Positions 39,497 to 49,921 of a stretch of 64,000 nt of DNA are shown piece by piece (the first letter of the stretch is position 1; every line of letters begins with the position of its first letter). The stretch lies in assembly GCF_964213995.1 (NCBI RefSeq), contig NW_027590128.1, positions 1,488,001-1,552,000 on the forward strand, given 5' to 3'. A program made the translations under genes and the position numbers. This DNA comes from Mustelus asterias (taxonomy: Eukaryota). The notes beneath the pieces are model-generated. The model made no database searches. It was not told where the DNA came from and saw nothing but the letters and a program-made list of their open reading frames with translations.

Positions 39497-40111
39497 TGAT
39501 GTGGAGATGCCGGCGTTGGACTGGGGTAAGCATAGTAAGAAGTCTCACAACACCAGGTTAAAGTCCAACAGGTTTATTTGGTAGCACAAGCCACTAACTT
39601 TCAGAGCGCTGCCCCTTCATCAGATGAGTGGGAGTTCTGTTCACAAGCAGGGCATAAAAATGCACATCACCAACTATCCCCGGGACAAGTCGGATACACT
39701 TGTCACGTACAATAGTTTCTTTGAATTAACGGGTTTGAAGGCCCAGAAGTGTGTTTGGCAGTTATCGGCCAGTCGTCTTCCAGCATGTACCAAATCTGCC
39801 AGTGTTGTGGCTGCCTGATACCCTGCGGGGCCACCGGTCAGGCACGACTCACTATGGTTTAGAATGCCAAGATAACCACAGCTAAGGAAGTTCTGCCACG
39901 TCACGAAGCCGGTTAGACGGATTGGCCAGGATAAATTGCCACTTGGTATCAAGGTAAATATGTGGATAGGGCCTGGATGGGATTGTTGTCTTCATGTGCC
40001 CTGTGAACAGAATTCCCACTCACCTGATGAAGGAGCAGCGCTCCGAAAGCTAGTGGCTTGTGCTACCAAATAAACCTGTTGGACTTTAACCTGCTGTTGT
40101 GAGACTTCTCA
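39497..40111. mobile_element. Inverted Penelope pLTR pair enclosing a ~340-bp spacer
   Basis: Inverted arms of about 110 bp; TSD CTGGGTTCAGTTC; hammerhead motifs at 39592-39626 (-) and 40021-40055 (+). Confidence 0.85.
40021..40055 (+). ncRNA. Minimal type I hammerhead ribozyme motif
   Basis: CAC-CUGAUGA-A-GGAGC-agc-GCUCC-GAAA-GC-UA-GUG. Confidence 0.75.
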
Positions 40112-40529
40112 CTGGGTTCAGTTCTCCAGCTGCTGTCTGCAGACTGACAATAAAACCATTGGGTCTTATTGGGGGTGTTGGGGCCTCCAGCGGGTGTTTG
40201 TGAATCCTCCCCGCCCACCTCCCAGGGTTTCCTTCCTTCCCAGAGATCAGAGTCCTCATTGATTTGAGGCCAAAGTGTAACCTCTTATTTATTGTCCCCC
40301 TCCCCCATCCTCTGATGTGAACCATCCTCCAGTGGCTGAGCCAGGATGGGGCCGTTAACCTGGGCCTGTTCCCGGGAGGGAGGGAGGGAGGGAGAAGCCC
40401 CGCAGCTGCAAACCAGGGAGCTGACAATGATTCTGAAGGGTTTGCGGATCCACAAAGTGTTTCCAAATCCTCCCAGCCACCGCCTAACGCTGACTCCGCT
40501 TCTCCGGGACAAACAAGCGCCAAGGACAG

Positions 40530-40848
40530 CAATGACACTGCGCATGCTCCACATCACAATGCCCGGGGACTGATTGACGGCAGTTCCGGGCCAATAGGAA
40601 AAGGGGGCGGTGCTGGAGGACCGAGCGGGAGTGGCTGATCCTCCAACCAATCGGAGTGAATGAGGGGCGGGGCGGGGCTGGAGGACAGAGCGGGAGCGGC
40701 TGGTCCTCCAACCAATCAGAGTGAATGAGAGGCGGGGCTGAGCCCGGATCTCCCTCATTGGCTGAAACTCTGCATCATTGTGCAAGCTGCTTTGTGTCAA
40801 ACTCCAGGAGAAAACTGGACCTTTCTGTTTGTGGCTTCAAACAGATGA
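40530..40848 (-). promoter_or_regulatory. Promoter module P (copy 2), without minisatellite
   Basis: Closely similar to 25278-25583; three CCAAT and GC boxes; ends CAAACAGATG then diverges. Confidence 0.7.
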
Positions 40849-40924
40849 GCGGAAAGGAAGGGATCTGAAAAGCAGCAGATACCAGGTTATTCTGGGAGAA
40901 ATAGGACCTCTGCAATGTCAAGTG

Positions 40925-41006
40925 TTAGAGCTCCGAAAGCTTGTGTGGCTTTTGCTACCAAATAAACCTGTTGGACTTTAACCTGGTGTTGTTAAACTTC
41001 TTACTA
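40925..41006 (+). mobile_element. 5'-truncated Penelope pLTR
   Basis: Starts in the hammerhead stem II loop; TSD ATGTCAAGT. Confidence 0.75.
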
Positions 41007-42214
41007 TGTCAAGTTTTACACAGCACACGGGCAGCCTGTGGTTTCACCCTGGATGGAGAATCTCCGAATTGCATCATTCAAATCACTCCATGGAATTCTC
41101 AGGAACCACATTGTTTGTTTGGAGAGGAAGGCTTGTCGTACAGTTAATGAAAAGCAGCACACAGCTAAACACAGAGGCCCACACACTCTCTCCCGCAGTC
41201 ACACACAAACGGACATCTTCTCAATGCACAGAAACCCACGTATATCAACAGGTACATGCACACAGGATATATGCAGATATACTCCATGATACACACATAC
41301 ACACATGGATACACTTACTCACACACAAATATACACACGGGACACTTACTGTCCTTTGAGGCGGACAATGCTCACCCATCTGTCTAATATTCGGGATAAA
41401 GCCACAAAGTTCAAGAAATTTCGGGAAAAATGACCCTCCAAGGACAACGAGCAGTCTTGACCATCCAATATTCTACCTTCTTCGCTGAAACAGAATCTTA
41501 CATTCCGCACAGAAACAACAACAAACACTAACATTGAACATTCCATTCCCACCCTATGTTATCAGGCCCAGTTGGAGATAGTAGACAATGCAGAATATCT
41601 CAGGATAATTGCAGCCACTAATTTTCCTTTTGTAATTGCAGAAATGCTCATCCTCTCATATTGATCATCTAGTTGTTGAAGGAAATATTGATCGTCTCGT
41701 TATTGAAGGAAATTCTAAGACAGGTTACAAGGAGAAACAAAATCTAATGTTATTGTAACTCTGCAGTCCAATATTCCCTTGGCCCTAATCCTTGCTGCTC
41801 TAATCTGATGGGATTAGATGTATTGCACAATACCTAGCAGGTGCCATTGACATTGTACATCTTCGCTATCAATAATACTCCTAACTTAGTATCATCCACA
41901 AACTTACTAACCATGCATTGTACATTCACATCCAAATTTGTTTTGATTTGATTGGATTTATTGTCAAATATATACACTGAAAAGTATTGTTTCTTGCGCG
42001 CTATACAGACAAAGCATAACATTCATGCAGAAGGAAAGGAGATAGTGCAGAATGTAGTGTTACAGTCATAGCTAGGGTGTAGAGAAAGATCAATTTAGTG
42101 CGAGGTAAGTCCATTCAAAAATCTGATGGCAGCAGAGAAGAAGCTGTTCTTGAGTCGGTTGGTACGTGACTTCAAGATTTTATATCTTTTTCCCGACAGA
42201 AGAAGGTGGAAGGT

Positions 42215-44055
42215 GGACACTGACCTACACAAGAAAGCCAGATACGATCGAAGGAGATCCATCAAAGATGCCAAAAGACAATACCAGACCAAGTTAGAGT
42301 CCCAGGCTAGCCACACCGACCCCAATTATGGCAAGGTCTGCAAGACATAACAGTCTACAAGATGAAGGCATGTAAAATTGCCGGCTCCAACGCACCCCTC
42401 CCTGATGAGATCAATGCATTCTACATCCGTTTTGAGAAAGTGGTCAGCGAGAGCATGCCCTCCACCCTGGAAGCCCTGGATGAACCTGTATCTGGGGGTC
42501 ACCACTTCAGATGTCAGAGCAGCTTTCTTGAAGGTCAACCCACGGAAAGCAACTGACCCAGGTGGGGTACTCGGAAATGCACTCAGATCCTGCATGGATT
42601 AGCTGGCAGAGGTATTCACAGACATCTTCAACTTCTCTTTACAAGAATCTGAGGTCCCTATCTGCTTCAAGAAGATGACCATAATCCCGGTACTTAAGAA
42701 AAATCAAGCAGCGTGCTTTAATAACTATCGGCCGGTGGCTCTGACATTCATCATTATGAAGTGCTTCGAAAGGTTAGTCATGGCACAAATCAATTCCAGC
42801 CTCCCAGACTACCTGGATCCACTACAGTTTGCCTACTGCCACAACAGGTCCACAGCAGATGCCATTTCCCTGGCCCTGCACTCAATCCCGGGACACCTAG
42901 ATAACAAGGACACCTATGTCAGACTCCTATTTATTGACTACAGCTCAGCCTTCAACACTATTATTCCCAAGAAACTCCTCTCCAAACTCCGTGGCCTGGG
43001 CCTCGGCACCTCCTTCTCCGACTGGATCCTGAACTTCCTAACTCATAGACCACAATCAGTAAGGATAGGCAACAACACCTCCTCCACGATCATCCTCAAC
43101 AAAGGCCCCACGAGGCTGTGTTCTCAGCCCCCTACTATACTCCTGATACACCTATGACTGTGCGGAAAAATTCCCCTCCAATTCAATTTTCAAGTTTGAT
43201 GATGACACCACCGTAGTGGGTCGGATCTCAAACAATGACAAGACAGAGTACAGGAATGAGATAGAGAATCTGGTGAACTGCTGCGGCAACAAAAATCTCT
43301 CCCTCAATTTCAACAAAACAAAGGAGATTGTCATCAACTTCAGGAAGTGTAAATGAAAACATGCTCCTTTCTACATCAATGGGGATGAAGTAAAAAGGGT
43401 CGAGAACTTCAAGTTTTTAGGAGTCCAGATCACCAACAATCTGTCCTGGTCCCCCCATGCCGACACTATAGTTAAGAAAGCCCACCAGCGCCTCTACTTT
43501 CTCAGAAGACTAAGGAAATTTGGCATGTCAGCTACGACTCTCACCAACTTTAACAGATGCACCATAGAAAGCATTCTTTCTGCTGTATCACAGCTTGGCA
43601 TGGCTCCTGCTCTGCCCAACACCGCAAGGAACTACAAAAGTTCGTGAATGTAGCCCAATCCATCACGCAAACCAGCCTCCCATCCATTGACTCTGTCTGC
43701 ACTTCCCGCTGCCTCGGCAAAGCAGCCAGCATAATTAAGGACCCCACACATCCTGGACCTTCTCTCTTCCACCTTCTTCCTTTGGGAAAAAGATACAAAA
43801 GTCTGAGGTCACGTACCAACCGACTCAAGAACAGCTTCTTCCCTGCTGCTGTCAGGCTTTTGAATGGACTTACCTTGCATTAAGTTGATCTTTCTCTACA
43901 CCCTAGCTATGACTGTAACACTACATTCTGCACTCTCTCCTTTCCTTCTCTATGAACGGTATGCTTTGTCTGTATAGCGCGCAAGAAACAACACTTTTCA
44001 CTGTATGTTAATACATGTGACAATAATAAATCAAATCAAATCAAAATCAAATCAA
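42215..44055 (+). mobile_element. Rex1/Babar-type LINE inserted in an opposite-strand copy of the same family (41942-42213 and 44056-44200)
   Basis: [44 protein letters not shown]; (AAATC)n tail. Confidence 0.9.
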
Positions 44056-45554
44056 AGAGGGTATGCCCGTGGTGTGTGGGGTCCTTAATTATGCCGGCTG
44101 CTTTGCTGAGGTAGCGGGAAGTGTAGGCAGAGTTAATGGGCGGGAGGCTGGTTTGCGTGATGGATTGGGCTTAATTCACGACCTTTTGTAGCTTCTTGCT
44201 GTATTGGGTGAATAACAAGGCTCCCAACACCGACCCCTGAGGCACGCCACTAGTCATAGGCCTCCAAAGATATGAAATACATTCAGGGCCAGAAAGGAGA
44301 AGTTTGTTTTTCAGAGTGGAGGGAAGTTTTCAGCAGTGTGACCCCCAGGGCTCAGTGTTGGCACCATTGCTCTCATTGATACATATTCATACCTGGGACT
44401 TGGAACACAGGACAGAACTTCAATTTTTTCACAGGATTCAAAACTCAGATATACGGGAAATAGTGAGGAGGATAATAAAACTTCAGGAGAACATAGAGAG
44501 ATTGGAAGAAATGGAAAAATAGATGGAAAGGTTAATAACAAACTTCAGGAGGACAGAGACTGGGGAAAATGGAGATATAGGAAACAGTGAGGAGAACAGT
44601 AACAAACTTCAGGAGGTCAGAGAGACTGGCAAACCTGGCAGACACATAGCAGATAAACCGTATATATCATACTGCTTGGAACATCTTACATCCTTAACAA
44701 CTCTGGGAACAGTGTCTGCATGATCAGGATGGTGCTACATAAAGCCAATGGGAAATTGATTTAGAAATAGTCTAGGGAAGAAAGCAATACGGGAAACAGC
44801 AGTGAGAGAAACAGCAGTGAGAAAGGACACATGAACACAAGACTGAGGTTGGATGACTGCTGGAGTGATAAAAAAAACTGGGTGACATGAAATATCGATC
44901 ATTAATAGTACTGGAATAAATGTGTCTTGGAGACAATTAGCTAAAAAAAAATGATTAAAATACATGTGTGATGTAATAAACATGGAATATACAAACAAAG
45001 TGCATTTATTGTGTTTTCCTAGCTGAGGGTGCCAAAGGGTCTGCAGTTTCACAATCAACACTGTTACGGAATGTTTTACACCATTTTTCAGTGCCATTGA
45101 TTTATGTCGGTAAAATCTGGGCATTTCTGTGTTGATTATATGGGAATAACAGCAATGTTTTGGGATTAAATTGGAGACACAACTATCAAAATGTCAGCAA
45201 TCAGCTATTTTAAGATAGGGACAGTTAACACTCCTTTGAAACGTTTTGATTATTGTTCAGGTGCTGTAAAAATGCAAGTAATTTCCTGTGGAAAAAGACT
45301 GAATTCCCTGTCTGAGCTCAGAACAGATGATACAGTCACACAGCAGATTGACCACTCAGCAGCTGAATGTGGGAAGAGATGCACTCGATCATCCCATTTA
45401 CTGACAGAACAGCTGTTGGAGAGAGACCACTCACATATTTCACGTGAGTGAGCTCGTTTTGTTATTTTCCCAACTGTTCACACATTAAGGATTCAAAGGC
45501 TTTCATGCATGGTCAGCATATTCTTACGGGAGAGACGCTGTTTAAATGTTTCAA

Positions 45555-45855
45555 GTTTAAAGTTTGTTTATTAGTGTCACAAGTAGGCTAACATCAACAC
45601 TGCAATGAAGTTACTGTGAAAATCCTCTAGTCGCCACACTCCAGCGCCTGTTCAGGTGCACTGAGGGAGAATTTAGAATGGCCAATGCACCTAATCAGCA
45701 CGTCTTATGGACTGTGGGAAGAAACCAGAGCACCCGGAGGAAACCCACGCAGACACAGGGAGAACATGCAAACTCCACACAGACAGCGACCCAAGTTGGC
45801 AATTGAACCTGGGCCCCTGGTGCTGTCAGGCAGCAGTGCTAACCACTGTGCCATG
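45555..45855 (-). mobile_element. V-SINE, tail type A, inserted in a heavily decayed ZNF remnant (about 45280-45910)
   Basis: V core on the minus strand; flanks show GAATGTGGGAAGAGA..CTCGATCATCCCAT and GAGATTCACT..GAGTTCA. Confidence 0.8.
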
Positions 45856-46144
45856 TATAGGTAGAGATTCACTTGTTAATCACACCTGCCGAAATATTAG
45901 TGAGTTCATTTGTGACTATCATGGATGTTTACAATTATTTCCACCGTTTTGGTGATTCTCAATTTCTGACAGTTCCAAGCCCCCTTCTTTGAACTTGGAT
46001 AATAGACCTTGCATTTTAATTTCTATGTTCCCTAATTTTATTAATGGTCCATCAGCGCCGTTTTTCACCCAATAATCACAGAGAAATCACTCCAACTCGA
46101 TTTTCAAGTTTGCTAATGAACCTCAGTAAAGCCAAAGAAAAGCC

Positions 46145-47460
46145 AGGCAGCGTGCCTTAATGACTATCATCCAGTGGTTCTGATATCCATCATTATGAAA
46201 TGCTTTGAAAGGTTAGTCATGGCACGAATCAATTCCAGCCTCCCGGACTACCTGGATCCACTACAGTTTGCCTCGCACCGCAACAGGTCCACAGCAGACG
46301 CCATCTCCCTGGCCCTGCACTCAACCCTGGAACATCGAGATGACAAACACACCGATGTCAGACTCCTATTTATTGACAGCTCAGCCTTCAACACCATTAT
46401 TCCTACAAAACTCATCTCCAAACTCCGTGGCCTGGGCCTCGGCTCCTCCCTCTGCGATTGGATCCTGAATTTCCAAACCCATAGACAACAATTAGTAACG
46501 ATAGGCAACAACACCTCCTCCAAGATCATCCACAACACTGGTGCCCCACAAGGCTGTGTTCTCAGCCCCCTATTACACTTCTGATACATCTGTGACTGTG
46601 TGGCCAAATTTCCCTCCAACTCGATTTTCAAGTTTGCTGACGACACCACCGGATGGTGGGTTGGATCTCAAACAATGATGAGACAGAATACCGGAAAGAG
46701 ATAGAGAATCTGGTGAACTGGTGCGGCAACAATAATCTCTCCCTCAATGTCAACAAAATGAAGAAGATTGTCATTGACTTCAGAAAGTGTAGAGGAGAAC
46801 ATGCCCCTGTCTACAGCAACAGGGACGAAGTAGCAAGGGTTGAGATCTTCAAGTTTTTAGGTGTCCGGATCACCAACCTGTCCTGGTCCAACACTATAGT
46901 GAAGAAAGCCCACCAACTCCTCTACTTTCTCAGAAGACTAAGGAAATTTGGCATGTCAGCTACGACTCTCATCAACTTTTACAGATGCACCATGGAAGTC
47001 ATTCTTTCTGGTTGCATTACAACTTGGCATGGCTCCTGCTCTGCCCAAGAGAACAAGAAACTACCAAAAATCGTGAATTAAGCTCAATCCATCACGCAAA
47101 CCAGTCTCCCATCCATTGACTCTGTCTACACTTCTGGCAAAGCAGCCAGCATAATTAATAGCCCCACGCACCCCGGACATTCTCTTCTCTTCCACCTTCT
47201 TCTGTCAGGAAAAAGATACAAAAGTCTGCAGTCACATACCAACCGACTCAAGAACAGCTTCTTCCCTGCTGCCATCAGACTTTTGAATAGACCTACCTTG
47301 TCTTAAGTTGATCCTTCTCTGCATCCTAGCTATGACTGTAACACTACATTCTGCATCCTCTCCTTTCTTTCTCTATGTATGGTATGCTTTGTCTATATAG
47401 CGCAAGAAATAATACTTTTCACTGGATACTGATACATGTGGGAATAATCAATCAAATCAA
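46145..47460 (+). mobile_element. Rex1/Babar-type LINE, 5'-truncated
   Basis: [40 protein letters not shown]. Confidence 0.9.
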
Positions 47461-47469
47461 AAAACTATT

Positions 47470-47800
47470 TGTTCTGTTCAATGGCGGGGTGTTTACCCAG
47501 CATCGCTAGCGGCGGTGAATGTCTCCTATCCACACGAGAGCACTGCGCAGGCGCAGTACTGCCCCTTGTCTGGAGCATGCGCATTGGGAGTGCTCGGGAA
47601 AGGAAGTTGCTTCTTTCTTGTCTCTGCAACGGGTAAGGTAGCGGCGTGTCCGAGCGATCGTAGGGCGCAGGGGGGTGATCGGAAAAGCTTTATAAATACC
47701 AAGTGAAACCATTAAACCCCGAATAAGAAGCTCGAGGCCAGCCCCGCGGTTGTCCGGAATCACACTGCTTCCAGCCGTTACAGACCCTGGTTAAACAGCT
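47470..47800 (+). promoter_or_regulatory. Promoter module Q (copy 2) and probable first exon of ZNF 49922
   Basis: ATGGCGG, TTACCCAGCAT, TGCGCAGGCGCAGTAC, GCATGCGCA, GGAAGT; donor-like GG|gtaagg near 47633. Confidence 0.65.
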
Positions 47801-47834
47801 GCCATCTTGAGAGGGCATCCTAGAATCAGAATTT

Positions 47835-48158
47835 ATGTCACACTATTTGTAACTCCCACAGTTGCGTGGACCTGCAGAGTTTCACTGGCTGTCTTGTCTG
47901 GAGACAATACACATCTTTTTAGCCTGTCTTGATGCTCTCTCCACTCCCATTGTTTTGTTTCTTAAAGACTGGATTAGTTGTAAGTATTCGCATTCCAACC
48001 ATTATTCATGTAAATTGAGTCTGTGTCTTTATAAGTTCTGTTTGTGAACAGAATTCCCACTCACCTGAAGAAGGGGCTTAGAGCCTCGAAAGCTTGTGTG
48101 GCTTTTGCTACCAAATAAACCTGTTGGACTTTAACCTGGTGTTGTTAAACTTCTTACT
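47835..48158 (+). mobile_element. Penelope pLTR with hammerhead motif at 48062-48098
   Basis: Near-identical to 23839-24160; TSD ATCTTGAGAGGG; CAC-CUGAAGA-A-GGGGC-uuaga-GCCUC-GAAA-GC-UU-GUG. Confidence 0.85.
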
Positions 48159-48349
48159 ATCTTGAGAGGGGGCAGTGTGCAGCGGTGCGCATGCGTGGAC
48201 AGCCCTGTCAGCAGGAGGAGAGAATGTTGCTCAGCGTCTGACAGCTCAGAAAGAATGATCCTGTCTGTGCCAGCCAGCAAACAGCTAGCTCGCATTTTCC
48301 AGCACTTGATCCATGGCCTCGTGTGCTGTGGTGTTTCAAAAGCCATCTA

Positions 48350-48945
48350 CATTGAATACAGGAGTTGGGACGTCTCGTTGAAGTTGTACAAGACATTGGT
48401 AAGGCCACACTTGGAATACTGTGTCCAGTTCTGCTCACCCTATTATAGAAAGGATATCATTAAACTAGAAAGAGTGCAGAAAAGATTTACTAGGATTCCA
48501 ACGGGACTTGATGGTTTGAGTTATCAGGAGAGCTGGATAGACTGGGATTTTTTTCTCTGGAGTGTCGGAGGCTGAGAGGTGACCTTATAGAGGTCTATAA
48601 AATAATGAGGGGCATAGATCAGCGAGATAGTCAATATCTTTTCCCAAAGGTAAAACTAGAGGGCATAGGTTTAAGGTGAGAGGGGAGAGATAGAAAAGTG
48701 TCCAGAGGGACAATTTGTTTCACTCAGAGGGTGGTGAGTGTCTGGAACAAGCTGCCAGAGGTAGTAGTAGAGACAGGTACAATTTTGTCTATTAAAAAGC
48801 ATTTAGACAGTTTCATGGATAAGATGGCTGTAGAGGGATATGGACCAAACGTGGGCAATTGGGACTAGCTTAGTGGTTTAAAAAAGGGGTGGCATGGATG
48901 AGTTAGATTGAAGGGCCTGTTTCCATGCTGTAAACCTCTATGACT
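48350..48945 (+). mobile_element. CR1 LINE 3' fragment
   Basis: IEYRSWDVSLKLYKTLVRPHLEYCVQF. Confidence 0.9.
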
Positions 48946-49921
48946 CAATGACATACTTTTTACTTGTGAGATTTCCTGCCTCTACCACCTTTCCTCTGTT
49001 TCTCTCTCCACAGATTCTGACCAGAATTCTCTGGCCATTCATGCCGTGGGATTCTGCATTCCTGCTGGCAGCACACCCCCGCCCATGGGTATCCCGCTGG
49101 CATGGGGTGATGTTCATGGGAATTCCCATCGACAGCAGTGGCACCAGAGAATCCTGCTGCCAGCAAACATCGCGCCTTTTCCCGTCCGTGGGAAACACAC
49201 TGCTGGGAGGCCGGAGAATCTTACCCACTGTCTGACCTGCTCAGTATTTCCAGCATTTTTTGTGTTTATTTCAGATATCCAGCAGCTGCAATATTTTGAT
49301 AGTATTTTATTGTAGGCATTGCTCACAGAACCAACTTTAGAAACAAGATTGACCAATTATGAAACAAAAACAAAAAGCTGGAAAATCTCAACAGGTCAGA
49401 CAGCATCTGTGGAGCTGGAGCCAAAGTTTGAAATGTTGGCTCTGTTCTCTCTCCACAGATCAGCTCCTCTGATCCTTCCAGGGGGTGGAGTTTGAGGGAT
49501 TGGAAGATTCTGTCAAGGTTCTGGTTAGTGATGGGTAAGTAAAATCCCTATACTTCACCTCCTGCCTCTCCAACATCTTTCTCTCTCCTCCCAGAGATCC
49601 AATCGTCATGTGTAGACCCACACTGGTTGGCACCTCCCTTCCCTGAAGGGCATTGGTGAACCAGTTGGGTTTTTGTGAAAATTGAGCAGTTTTCATGATC
49701 ACTGTTTCCTCCTGCTGGCCCCTCAAATTACCACATTCATTCAGCTCAATTTCTCAACCTGCCTTTGTGTTTTTGTGAACTCTCTCTCTCCCTTTTTTCT
49801 GTTTTAAATCACAGGATTGTAGAAGAGGAGGATTTACAATCGGGAAACTCAAATCAACCATCACACCAGAATCTGTGAATCATCCAATTTGTCATAACCT
49901 GAATATCATAGGGCTTTCAAC

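Noticed and set aside
39844-39855. ACGACTCACTAT, a 12-bp match to the T7 promoter
   Set aside because: It lacks TAAT and AGGG, there is no other vector sequence, and a match of this length is plausible by chance.
49668-49706. Perfect RSS nonamer GGTTTTTGT + 23-bp spacer + CACTGTT
   Set aside because: The heptamer reads AACAGTG, lacking the essential CAC. It lies in a decayed SINE and no J or V coding segment is adjacent.
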